Part shown: in pieces, positions 1-8,722 of the stretch
Layout: each line of letters starts with the position of its first letter
How positions within the stretch are numbered: position 1 is the stretch's first letter
Assembly: GCA_965205975.1 (NCBI GenBank)
Contig: OZ242195.1
Coordinates: 384,001 to 448,000 of the forward strand
From: Candidatus Latescibacterota bacterium
GTDB lineage: Bacteria > Latescibacterota > UBA2968
Direction of reading: 5' to 3'
DNA: 64,000 bases
Translations under genes and position numbers: made by a program
The notes under the pieces: model-generated
The model's database searches: none
The model's input: the letters and a program-made list of their open reading frames with translations, nothing else
What the model was told of the DNA's origin: nothing

Positions 1-370
1 AACTCCAGATTTTGTCGCTGCCCACACGATAGGCATAGAGGGTGTTGGGCTTGAGGTCCTTGAATGTGACCGAATGGAAATGGGCAGTATTTCCATCGTG
101 TTCCCATTTTTCAGTGCGCGCTGTTTCGCTTTTGGCCCATGTCGTAAAATTGGCCGAGGCTTTGGCTTCTGCGATCTGACCTTCGGCTTGTGCGATGCTC
201 GTATTGGTGCGCCATGTGATTGATGCTGTGGTGGTGGGGTCTCCCGACCAGTTGAGTACAATGCGGTCGGGAATTTTTGAGGGAATGGAATCTACGGCTG
301 CACGGTAATGCTCGTTTGCATAAATCGGGGTTGTGAACAGGAGCAGGAGGATGAGGCAAATCGGGCGCAT
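1..370 (-). CDS. Secreted metallophosphoesterase / purple-acid-phosphatase-type protein, N-terminal FN3-like domain (partial, runs off window edge)
   Basis: Not in ORF track. Manual translation from ATG at 370 with upstream GGAG: MRPICLILLLLFTTPIYA (signal peptide)...PDRIVLNWSGDPTTTASITWRT...FHSVTFKDLKPNTLYAYRVGS, typical of the Pur_ac_phosph_N domain. Confidence 0.8.
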   Translation of the reverse strand, partial: MRPICLILLLLFTTPIYANEHYRAAVDSIPSKIPDRIVLNWSGDPTTTASITWRTNTSIAQAEGQIAEAKASANFTTWAKSETARTEKWEHDGNTAHFHSVTFKDLKPNTLYAYRVGSDKIWS

Positions 371-461
371 GGTGGTCTCCAGGTGAGGATGTGGGAAAAA
401 TGTTTCTCTTACAAAGATATACAATGCGTGCCAAATTAAAAAGGCGAAACGCAACTTTTAT

Positions 462-1211
462 TCAATCAATTTCAAGAGAGATTTCGTTGTTGAGTTGTTC
501 GCGTTCGGATCGAGAATCGTTTGTGGCATAGTGGAGGATGAGCGCTTTGCGCCATGTGTTTGTGTGATTGATTTCGCTGTGGTGCAGGGTGCAGCCGTGA
601 TGAAATATGACAGATCCTGTGGGCACGGGACAGGCGACGGATTCGGGAAGGTCGATATTTCTCGTATCGGGTACGTGATGCACGGGGCGGTCCGGGTCAT
701 GGGTGATGTCGAAGATGCCGTGTCTGTGTGAGCCGGGTACATAACGCATACAGCCATTGGTATCTGTGGCCTCGTCTAAGGCAATCCAGGCTGTGACGAG
801 GCCGTTGATGGGTTGTACGCGAAAATAGCTCTGGTCCTGGTGCGCTGGTTTTGCCTGACCGCCCGGTGGTTTGAGCAGCATCTGGTCGCGAAAAACGCGA
901 ATGCACGGTCCGATCAGGCCGCGCACGAGTGCGAGTAATTTGGGATGTTTGGCAATGGGATGATAGGCGGGGTCAAAGCGTACGACAAATGCGAGAACGC
1001 GCACACTTTGATTTCGCGCTTCTGGATTTGATTTGTCTGTTACGGTATTGCCTTCAAGGCCAATTGAGACGCCCTCAGGTGCTCGATCCGGGTCGGCTAC
1101 AATCTCGTCGGTGCGATGAATAACGTCGGCGAGTTCTTCTTTTTTAAAGAGGTTTTTTACGATGAGGTAGCCATGGGTGTCGTAAAATGTTTTCATACTG
1201 GGTTCAAACAC
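462..1211 (-). CDS. Phytanoyl-CoA dioxygenase (PhyH) family Fe(II)/2-oxoglutarate oxygenase
   Basis: HQD motif (AHQDQSY), WIALD..T..NGCM.YVPGSH, distal His in HHGCTLHHS; GTG at 1211 follows AAGGAG. Confidence 0.9.
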   Translation of the reverse strand: MFEPSMKTFYDTHGYLIVKNLFKKEELADVIHRTDEIVADPDRAPEGVSIGLEGNTVTDKSNPEARNQSVRVLAFVVRFDPAYHPIAKHPKLLALVRGLIGPCIRVFRDQMLLKPPGGQAKPAHQDQSYFRVQPINGLVTAWIALDEATDTNGCMRYVPGSHRHGIFDITHDPDRPVHHVPDTRNIDLPESVACPVPTGSVIFHHGCTLHHSEINHTNTWRKALILHYATNDSRSEREQLNNEISLEID

Positions 1212-1327
1212 GGTGTTCTCCTTTGACGCGGAAAATACAGGTTTAAACACAGTATGTCAAGTGCGTGAACCGATAATGATACAGTGGTGTCCTTTTTCGG
1301 ACACTTGGCACACAGATAATCTATGTC

Positions 1328-1379
1328 TTGACATTAAACTATTTTGAAGTAAATTCCAAAATAGTTCAACTAATTTGGA
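1328..1379 (+). promoter_or_regulatory. sigma70-like promoter overlapped by three AACTA(T/A)TTTG(G/A)A repeats
   Basis: TTGACA 1328-1333, TAAATT 1350-1355; motif copies at 1337-1348, 1354-1366 (inverted) and 1368-1379. Confidence 0.5.
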
Positions 1380-1391
1380 GGAAAGTTCAAA

Positions 1392-2558
1392 ATGGTACAC
1401 TATTCTCGGCGTTTAAAAATTGATTTGCCCAACCGACAATCGGCTTTTTTGTGGGGACCGCGAAAAACGGGTAAATCCACATATCTCAAGCAGGTGTTTC
1501 CCAACAGTCTGGTCTATGATTTCCTGAAGACGGATTTGATGCTGGATTTCAACCGGCGGCCAGTCATGTTGCGCGAGCAAATTCTCGCCCAATCCGAAGC
1601 ATTATTGGAACATCCGATTATCCTGGACGAGGTGCAGCGCGTACCGCTTTTATTGGATGAGGTGCATTGGCTGATAGAAAATAGGGGATTGCGTTTTATT
1701 TTATGTGGTTCCAGTGCGCGAAAACTCAAGCGGGGACGGGCCAATTTGCTCGGTGGACGCGCCTGGCGATATGAAATGTTTCCATTGGTGACAGATGAGT
1801 TGCCTGACGGCGATATAGATCTCTTGAGGATTTTGAATCGCGGCCTGATTCCCGATCATTTTGCCAGCACGCAATATCGCCGTTCTCTAAATGCTTATGT
1901 GCAAGATTACTTAAAAGAAGAAGTTTTTGACGAGGGATTGACGCGCAATATTCCGGCATTTTCCAGATTTTTTGATGCGATGGGATACTCTCACGGCGAG
2001 TTGACTAATTTTTCCAATATTGCCCGAGAGTGTGGCGTGAGTTCCAAGACTGTAAAAGAGTATTATCAAATTCTCGTCGATACGCTTTTGGGCAAAATGG
2101 TTGAACCTTTTAAGAGACGACAAAGCAGGCAGGTTATTTCCAGAGCGCCCAAGTTTTATTTATTTGATGTGGGTGTGGCTGGTGTACTTGCAAAACGGCA
2201 TTTGGAGGATGCCCAGGGCATAATTTTTGGCAAAGCGTTTGAGCATTTTATTTTTTCCGAATTGATGGCACACGCTTCTTATAGTGCGTTGTATTACGAT
2301 GTTCATTTTTGGCGCACGAAGTCGGGGTTAGAGGTTGATTTTGTACTGGGCAATGGCGAGGTGGCAATTGAGGCCAAAGGTACAAGTCGGGTAGATAACA
2401 GGGTTCTTCAACCTATGCGTGCATTTATCGATGAATTCGCGCCCAGAAAAGCTATAGTTGTTTGCAATGAAACGGCGGAACGCGTTGTTGGCCCAATTCG
2501 CATTGTGCCCTGGAAAGAGTTTCTCCAATCTCTATGGGCAGGTGATGTGATTTCATGA
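1392..2558 (+). CDS. AAA+ ATPase with DUF4143 domain (AAA_14 family)
   Basis: Walker A GPRKTGKS, Walker B IILDEVQR, GSSARKL, PKFYLFDVG, C-terminal FWRTKSGLEVDFV...IEAK (PD-(D/E)xK-like). Confidence 0.9.
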   Translation: MVHYSRRLKIDLPNRQSAFLWGPRKTGKSTYLKQVFPNSLVYDFLKTDLMLDFNRRPVMLREQILAQSEALLEHPIILDEVQRVPLLLDEVHWLIENRGLRFILCGSSARKLKRGRANLLGGRAWRYEMFPLVTDELPDGDIDLLRILNRGLIPDHFASTQYRRSLNAYVQDYLKEEVFDEGLTRNIPAFSRFFDAMGYSHGELTNFSNIARECGVSSKTVKEYYQILVDTLLGKMVEPFKRRQSRQVISRAPKFYLFDVGVAGVLAKRHLEDAQGIIFGKAFEHFIFSELMAHASYSALYYDVHFWRTKSGLEVDFVLGNGEVAIEAKGTSRVDNRVLQPMRAFIDEFAPRKAIVVCNETAERVVGPIRIVPWKEFLQSLWAGDVIS

Positions 2559-3899
2559 AGGACGCAGGGTCCCCAGTTGAAACCGGCGGGGGTCGCCGAG
2601 GCGTTTTTCCAGGGCCTCGGGTGTCCAGTTGGTGTGGGTGAGTGCCCAGTCGATTTCACTGGCGAGTGGGCTGTCGAAGATGCCGGGGTCGTCTGCGCCG
2701 ATGACGAGGTTGACATTTGATTTGAGGAATGTGTGGATGGGGTGATGAGCGGGATCGGGCACGCCGCCGATGCGGAGATTGGAGGTGGGGCACGTTTCGA
2801 TGACTGTGCCGAGTTTTGTGAGGCGGTTTAGAACAAATTGCTGGCGGTTGCGGATTTCTTCGAGGCGTTGGGGATTATATGGGCGCTCGACTATTTCGTC
2901 GGGTGCTCGATTTTTCAGGGTTTGTCGTTCGGTTTGGAGTGCGCTGGCGTTCACTTCGATATCGAAGGCCGAAAGTTCTGGGGCGTACATGAGATCGTAG
3001 GCGATCTGGTCGAGGCGTTCGCTTGCTCGTTCTCCTACGTGTGCATTTGGACGGCGCGCAATCGCGACTGCCGGGTCGAGGCCGAGCGCTATGGCATGAC
3101 CCACTCGCCTGACACCCATTTCGGCGGCTTCGTGACACCAGCGTATCGCGCTTTCGAGGGATTTGTCAAAATAGCTTTCGCCTACGTGGTAGGTGATTTC
3201 GAGGGCGCGTTCGGGGCGTTGCTGGTTGTTTTTGTGTACGCGTTGGAAGAGTTCTCGGTTGTCTTTGGGGGGATAGCCTTCTTCGATGTCGGCAAAGTCA
3301 ATGCCGACGATGGTGGGTATGAGTTCGGGATTTTCATCTATGAGGTCTTGCACCCATTCGTAGTCTTGCTGCGCGGTCGAGCGGCGCAGGGTGATGATGT
3401 AACGCGCGGTTGTGTTGTTTTGCGATGCGTTTGAGAGGACTTGGGCATTTGTGCGGTGAAAGTCGATGAATGACGCTCGCATTTCACCACCGGCACTGCA
3501 ACGGTATTCGATAAAGGTGATACCTTCTTTGCGATGCCGGTTATGTGCTTTGAAAAACGCCTTGATCAGGAGTTCCTGTCTTTTGGGCGGGTGCCTCAAA
3601 AGGCTGGTGATGAGGTTAAATTTGGCTTTAAACCGGCCAAAGTCGCCCCCGTCTTTTTCGGTGTAGATGTAGTGTTCCTTAAATTTGGCAAGTCCCACGG
3701 TTGGATTGGATATGGCATCGCGGTAGAGCGCGATGGGATCGGGGTGAATGCCATAAGCTTCTTCGTAGGCGTCTGTAAAAGGCGTCCAGTCAATGTCTTC
3801 GTAAAGGTCTTTGCCGAGTTCTATGAGGTCTTCGGCAGTCAAGCATCCGCCGGGGTGGACGTGGAGTTCACAAGTTTTGGCTAAGTGGAGTGGGGGCAT
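2553..3899 (-). CDS. Adenosine/AMP deaminase family metallo-hydrolase
   Basis: ELHVH metal motif, YHVGE, RVGHA, ETCPTSN, IGADDPGIF. Confidence 0.85.
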   Translation of the reverse strand: MPPLHLAKTCELHVHPGGCLTAEDLIELGKDLYEDIDWTPFTDAYEEAYGIHPDPIALYRDAISNPTVGLAKFKEHYIYTEKDGGDFGRFKAKFNLITSLLRHPPKRQELLIKAFFKAHNRHRKEGITFIEYRCSAGGEMRASFIDFHRTNAQVLSNASQNNTTARYIITLRRSTAQQDYEWVQDLIDENPELIPTIVGIDFADIEEGYPPKDNRELFQRVHKNNQQRPERALEITYHVGESYFDKSLESAIRWCHEAAEMGVRRVGHAIALGLDPAVAIARRPNAHVGERASERLDQIAYDLMYAPELSAFDIEVNASALQTERQTLKNRAPDEIVERPYNPQRLEEIRNRQQFVLNRLTKLGTVIETCPTSNLRIGGVPDPAHHPIHTFLKSNVNLVIGADDPGIFDSPLASEIDWALTHTNWTPEALEKRLGDPRRFQLGTLRPS

Positions 3900-4024
3900 A
3901 TATTGTTCCTTTGGATTCGCGCGTTTTAAGCCTGTTACACACAGAAAAGTTAAGAGAATTTGCAGAGTGAGACAAGCTCCTATTTACAGATTGAAAAATG
4001 TCTCAAATTAAGGCAATTCACCGC

Positions 4025-4053
4025 TTGACGCGGCTTGTTATTTGTGATATTTT
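4025..4053 (+). promoter_or_regulatory. sigma70-like promoter TTGACG-N17-TATTTT
   Basis: TTGACG 4025-4030, 17-nt spacer ending TGn, TATTTT 4048-4053; same hexamers as at 25031-25059. Confidence 0.55.
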
Positions 4054-4087
4054 ATGAAGTGAAATAATCGCGCAAATGGAGGCTTAC

Positions 4088-4318
4088 ATGACCGCACAGT
4101 TGTTGATTTTTATGGGTGCAATGGTTTACCTGGGTTGGGTGTTTGTTCGATATTGGAAACGTCGCAATCGCAAAGATGTCCCGTTTATTGAAGTGGTTGA
4201 AGATAAGCCCGTGAGTAAGCCGTATAGACAGAGACGTATTCAAAAGAAGAGGGAATCCGATGCCGACCGCGAGTGGCGCAAGCGCGTGCGTGACGAAATT
4301 GAAGATATGACAAAATAA
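4088..4318 (+). CDS. Small single-pass membrane protein, unknown function
   Basis: GGAGG RBS, hydrophobic N-terminal helix followed by basic RYWKRRNRK, own promoter and terminator. Confidence 0.65.
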   Translation: MTAQLLIFMGAMVYLGWVFVRYWKRRNRKDVPFIEVVEDKPVSKPYRQRRIQKKRESDADREWRKRVRDEIEDMTK

Positions 4319-4375
4319 AGTCGCGGGTCGAAATCCATTTGTTTAAGGCAAGCGCAGTCTTTTTTATGACACCAA

Positions 4376-4406
4376 GAAACCTCATCCTTATCGGATGGGG
4401 TTTTTA
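4376..4406 (+). terminator. Intrinsic terminator
   Basis: AAACCTCATCC-TTATC-GGATGGGGTTT hairpin followed by T-rich run. Confidence 0.65.
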
Positions 4407-4481
4407 TTTGTACTTGCTCTTGAGCGATTTGCGTGCTACGTTATCCACGAGCGAACAAACCTTTGAATTGGGATATTGAAT

Positions 4482-5609
4482 ATGCGCGAATATTTGATTA
4501 TTGATGGTCATCTCGATATGGCGTTTAATGCGCTGTTTTATCGCCGGGATCTCACGCAGTCTGTATATGTGTTGCGCGATCGAGAAGACAGTATGGTGGG
4601 GGGATTGTCGGCCCATCCGGATTCGCTGGAGAAACGCTTGGGACCACAGCCCAAGCGGTTTACGCCAACTGTTTGTTTGCCCGAGATGCGCAAAGGGCGC
4701 GTGGGGATTATGCTTTCGACCATTATGTGTCGCGTGCAAAATCCACAGGACAATACGCACAATGCGGTGCGTACACAGGATGTGGCTTATGCGCGGGGGC
4801 AATCTCATCTGGCGTATTATCGGGCACTGGAACGATGTGGAGAGATTCGGTTTATTAAATCTGTAGCAGATCTCAATGCCTGTGTTGCTGACTGGGAGGA
4901 TCCATCTGACGATACACCTGTGGGGCTTATTTTGTCGATGGAAAGTGCCGATCCGATTCTGGGTCCCGATCAGGTGGGCGAATGGTATGAGGCCGGCTTG
5001 AGATCGGTGTCTTTGACGCATTTTGGCGCCAATACGTATGGACACGGTACGGGTACGGTGGGCGGGCTATATCCACCGGCATACGCGCTGATGGACGCGT
5101 TGTCTGAGACCGATATTGCGCTGGATCTGACCCATGCTGCAGATCTCACTTTCTGGCATATTCTCGATTATTGGAAGGGGCCAGTGCATGCCAGCCATTG
5201 CAATTGTCGCGCTTTGGTGCCGGGGCAGCGGCATTTGTCGGACGATATGATCCGCGCGATTACAGACCGAGGGGGCGTAATCGGGATGGTTTTTGCCGAG
5301 CAGATGTTGTCTCCGGCATGGAATTGGGATGATCCGAGTACGCATTATACCACGGCAACCCGACCTATGAAGGCGGTGCTCGAACACATTGATCACATCT
5401 GCGAACTGACCGGCAGTACAGATCATGTGGCTTTTGGCACAGATCTGGATGGTGGATTTGGGCTGGAGCTTTCGCCCACAGATTATCACACGATTGACGA
5501 TTTGCAGCGTTTTCTAAATATCATGCGCGATCACGGCTATGGAGAAGACGATGTGAAGGGTTTTGCGCATGGGAATTTGGTTCGATTTTTTAATACAGCT
5601 TGGGGATGA
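4482..5609 (+). CDS. Membrane dipeptidase (peptidase M19) family protein, copy 1
   Basis: IDGHLD, LSMESADPI, DLTH, ASHCNCRAL, RHLSDD, HIDHI, GTDLDGG. Confidence 0.9.
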   Translation: MREYLIIDGHLDMAFNALFYRRDLTQSVYVLRDREDSMVGGLSAHPDSLEKRLGPQPKRFTPTVCLPEMRKGRVGIMLSTIMCRVQNPQDNTHNAVRTQDVAYARGQSHLAYYRALERCGEIRFIKSVADLNACVADWEDPSDDTPVGLILSMESADPILGPDQVGEWYEAGLRSVSLTHFGANTYGHGTGTVGGLYPPAYALMDALSETDIALDLTHAADLTFWHILDYWKGPVHASHCNCRALVPGQRHLSDDMIRAITDRGGVIGMVFAEQMLSPAWNWDDPSTHYTTATRPMKAVLEHIDHICELTGSTDHVAFGTDLDGGFGLELSPTDYHTIDDLQRFLNIMRDHGYGEDDVKGFAHGNLVRFFNTAWG

Positions 5610-5610
5610 C

Positions 5611-6696
5611 ATGGCCGATCATACTTACTTTATTGTCGATAGCCACTTAGACCTTGCCTTTTGCGCCATTCAAGTCAATCGCGATCTCACGCAACCTGCA
5701 GCAACCGTGCGGGTACACGATTCGGAATCGACCAGACGCAGTTTTGGATCGTGTACGACCACGTTTCCCGAGTTGCACAAAGGGCGGGTCGGGATTGTGT
5801 TTGGCACGGTGATGTCGCGTATTGATACCAATGATCGGTGGACGCGCACGGGGATGTGGGATCAGACGCAGTGTTATGGTGTAGGGATAGGGCATTGCGC
5901 TTTTTACAAGGCGATGGAACGGCGTGGGATTATTCGGCAGATTCATACGGTTGAGGATTTGGATGAATGCGTTGCGGCGTGGGCGCAGCCTGCGGCAGAT
6001 ACCCCCATCGGGTTGGTGCTGGCGATGGAAAGTGCCGATCCGATCCTCGATCCCGATCATGTGTCCGAATGGCGCGATCTGGGCTTGAAAATGGTGAGTA
6101 TTTCACATTATGGCGTGAGTTCCTATTGCCACGGGACAGGGACAGAGGGGGGATTGCTGGATCGAGGCAGGCCATTGCTTGACGCGCTCAAAGACGCTGG
6201 TATTATTGTTGATATGACACATACGACTGATCAGGCTTTCTGGGAAGTTCTCGATTATTACGATGGGCCGGTGGCTGCAAGCCATCACAATTGTCGGGCA
6301 CTGACGCCGGGGCAGAGACAGTTGACTGATGATATGATCCGCGCGATTGTAGAACGAGGCGGGGTTATTGGCGCGGCTTTTGATGTGTGGATGCTCGATC
6401 CAGAGTGGAAGCGGGGCGTGCCGTGTTATGAGCAGACGACAAAGGCGACGCTCGAGACTGTGGTCAATCACATCGATCATGTGTGTCAGCTTGCTGGCAA
6501 TGTGAATCATTCTGGCATTGGGACAGATCTCGATGGTGGGTATGGCCAGGAACAGTCGCCGCGAGATTTAAATACAATTGCCGATTTGCAGAATCTGGTG
6601 CCCATTTTTGAACGGCGCGGATATTCAGAAGAGGATATTCAAAAGGTGTTGTCGGGGAATTGGGTGCGGTTGTTGAAATCGGTGTGGGAAAGGTGA
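5611..6696 (+). CDS. Membrane dipeptidase (peptidase M19) family protein, copy 2
   Basis: VDSHLD, LAMESADPI, DMTH, ASHHNCRAL, RQLTDD, GTDLDGG; ATG at 5611. Confidence 0.9.
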   Translation: MADHTYFIVDSHLDLAFCAIQVNRDLTQPAATVRVHDSESTRRSFGSCTTTFPELHKGRVGIVFGTVMSRIDTNDRWTRTGMWDQTQCYGVGIGHCAFYKAMERRGIIRQIHTVEDLDECVAAWAQPAADTPIGLVLAMESADPILDPDHVSEWRDLGLKMVSISHYGVSSYCHGTGTEGGLLDRGRPLLDALKDAGIIVDMTHTTDQAFWEVLDYYDGPVAASHHNCRALTPGQRQLTDDMIRAIVERGGVIGAAFDVWMLDPEWKRGVPCYEQTTKATLETVVNHIDHVCQLAGNVNHSGIGTDLDGGYGQEQSPRDLNTIADLQNLVPIFERRGYSEEDIQKVLSGNWVRLLKSVWER

Positions 6697-6708
6697 GAGG
6701 ATACAAAT

Positions 6709-8166
6709 ATGTCAGAGAGACCAAATTTGTTGTTGATTACAACAGACCAACAGCGCGGAGATTGTCTCGGGTGTGATGGGCATCCGGTGCTGGAGACACC
6801 GTATCTCGATGAAATGGCCGAGCGGGGGGCGCATTTCCCCCACGCATATACGTCGGTGCCGTCGTGTACGCCTGCACGCGCGGGGATTATCACGGGGATG
6901 GATCAATGGAATCACGGGCGGTTGACAATGACGGGAAGCCATCCGCTGGAATATCCGGCGACATTGCCGGGGGAACTCGCAGCAGCGGGATATCACACGC
7001 AGGCTGTGGGCAAGATGCACCATGCCCCGCAGCGCAGGCTATATGGCTTTCACCACATGGTGCTGGATGAAAGTGGCCGGCGGATGGGAAACTTTATCAG
7101 TGATTACCATTTGTTTTTTGATCAGCACAAAGAAGGTGCTTACGGATACCGGGATCACAGTATCGATTGGAATTCATGGATGGCGCGGCCCAGCCATTTG
7201 CCCGAGCATTTGCATCCGACGCACTGGACGGCGAGCGAGGGGATTAAATTTTTGCAGCAGCGAGATCCGACCAAACCATTTTTTATGTGGCTTTCATTTG
7301 CGCGGCCCCATTCGCCTTATGATGCGCCCCAGGCGTATTGGGATATGTATATCGACAATGATAATATCCCAAAAGCCGCTGTGGGAGACTGGGCTGCTGA
7401 GTTCGACAAAAAAATCGCAGATGTCAATGCGCCGCGTTCGCACCGTTCCGATGCCGAAACGCACAGGGGACGTGCGGGGTATTACGGCAATATCACGTTT
7501 ATCGATCACCAGATTGGGCGCGTGCTGTACGAGTTGCGCCACCGGGATCCGCAAGCATACCGCAATACTCTGATTATTTTTACATCTGATCACGGCGATA
7601 TGATGGGCGACCATCACCACTGGCGGAAGACGTATGCATACGAAGGGTCTGCGCGCATTCCATTTATTGTGAAGTATCCCGATACATGGCGGGATGTGGC
7701 GCGAGGGGTGAAGTACGATCATCCCGTGGAGTTGCGCGATGTGATGCCCACATTGCTCGATGCTGCCGGAGTCGATATACCAGCGTCTGTAGATGGGCGG
7801 TCTCTTCTGGATATTGCGCGGGGGGATGACGAGGGATGGCGTGCGTTTGTGCAGGGCGAGCATACGTCGTGTTATACGAGAGAACACGGCATGCAATATG
7901 TGACTGATGGGCACGAGAAGTATATCTGGTTTCATCACACGGGAGAAGAACAGTTTTTTAATCTGGATGACGATTCATTGGAATGCTGCGAGTTGTCCAA
8001 AGATCCGGCGTATGAAACGCGCATTGCGATGTGGCGCAGGCGATTGGCAGAGGTGAATGAAAACCGGGGCGATCCGAGGGGGCAAAATGGAGAACTCGTG
8101 CCGCAGCCCGATGGCGCGCTGAGTCTGTCGCCAAATTATCAGAAATGGAAAGAAGCCGCACAATAA
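6709..8166 (+). CDS. Arylsulfatase (Cys-type, formylglycine-dependent)
   Basis: PNLLLITTDQ, SCTPAR (CxPxR), GKMH, PHSPY, SDHG. Confidence 0.92.
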   Translation: MSERPNLLLITTDQQRGDCLGCDGHPVLETPYLDEMAERGAHFPHAYTSVPSCTPARAGIITGMDQWNHGRLTMTGSHPLEYPATLPGELAAAGYHTQAVGKMHHAPQRRLYGFHHMVLDESGRRMGNFISDYHLFFDQHKEGAYGYRDHSIDWNSWMARPSHLPEHLHPTHWTASEGIKFLQQRDPTKPFFMWLSFARPHSPYDAPQAYWDMYIDNDNIPKAAVGDWAAEFDKKIADVNAPRSHRSDAETHRGRAGYYGNITFIDHQIGRVLYELRHRDPQAYRNTLIIFTSDHGDMMGDHHHWRKTYAYEGSARIPFIVKYPDTWRDVARGVKYDHPVELRDVMPTLLDAAGVDIPASVDGRSLLDIARGDDEGWRAFVQGEHTSCYTREHGMQYVTDGHEKYIWFHHTGEEQFFNLDDDSLECCELSKDPAYETRIAMWRRRLAEVNENRGDPRGQNGELVPQPDGALSLSPNYQKWKEAAQ

Positions 8167-8179
8167 TTGCGAGGATGCT

Positions 8180-8659
8180 ATGGACCCAAAATACTGGCTT
8201 GTAAAGTGCGAATACGATGTGTGCTCTTTTGAAGAATTGAGCAATCGGCCCAGTGGCATTGGGTACTGGCGGGGGGTGCGTAATTATCAGGCGCGCAATT
8301 TTATTCGCGACGAAATGCAAAAAGGCGATCAGGCGCTTTTCTATCAGTCGAATTGTAAAAATCCCGGTGTTGCCGGTATTGCCAATATTGTGCGTGCGGG
8401 ATATCCCGATCCATCGCAATTCGATGCGCAGCATGAGTACTACGACGAGAAGGCTTCCGGAGAAGATCCGCGCTGGTTTTCTTTTGATGTGCAGTGGTCA
8501 AAAGCATTTGAGCCTTATGTCAGCCTGCAAGACCTCAAGAATAATCCCCTGCTCAAAGACATGAAGGTGGTTCAGCGCGGGCAGCGATTATCAATTCAGC
8601 CGGTGACAAAGGAGGAGTTTGAGATTGTGTGCGAGATGGGCGGGCATTTGGCGAGATGA
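8180..8659 (+). CDS. EVE domain-containing protein
   Basis: YWLVKCE, WRGVRNYQARNFIRDEMQKGDQALFYQS, RLSIQPV. Confidence 0.9.
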   Translation: MDPKYWLVKCEYDVCSFEELSNRPSGIGYWRGVRNYQARNFIRDEMQKGDQALFYQSNCKNPGVAGIANIVRAGYPDPSQFDAQHEYYDEKASGEDPRWFSFDVQWSKAFEPYVSLQDLKNNPLLKDMKVVQRGQRLSIQPVTKEEFEIVCEMGGHLAR

Positions 8660-8722
8660 AAAGGCCAAAGTGCAGAAATTGAAATTCTTCAAAGACTATT
8701 CGTTGCAGATAAAAGGTACATC

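Noticed and set aside
111..434. 107-aa minus-strand ORF from the track
   Set aside because: Wrong frame; the real gene is the phosphatase-like frame starting at 370 and leaving the window
1392..3899. RADAR defence system (AAA+ ATPase next to adenosine deaminase)
   Set aside because: The genes are convergent, not operonic, and the ATPase is a 388-aa AAA_14/DUF4143 protein, much smaller than and unlike RdrA
8180..8659. EVE protein as part of a modification-dependent restriction system
   Set aside because: Stand-alone EVE domain with no fused or adjacent nuclease; the GmrSD-like gene is about 38 kb away
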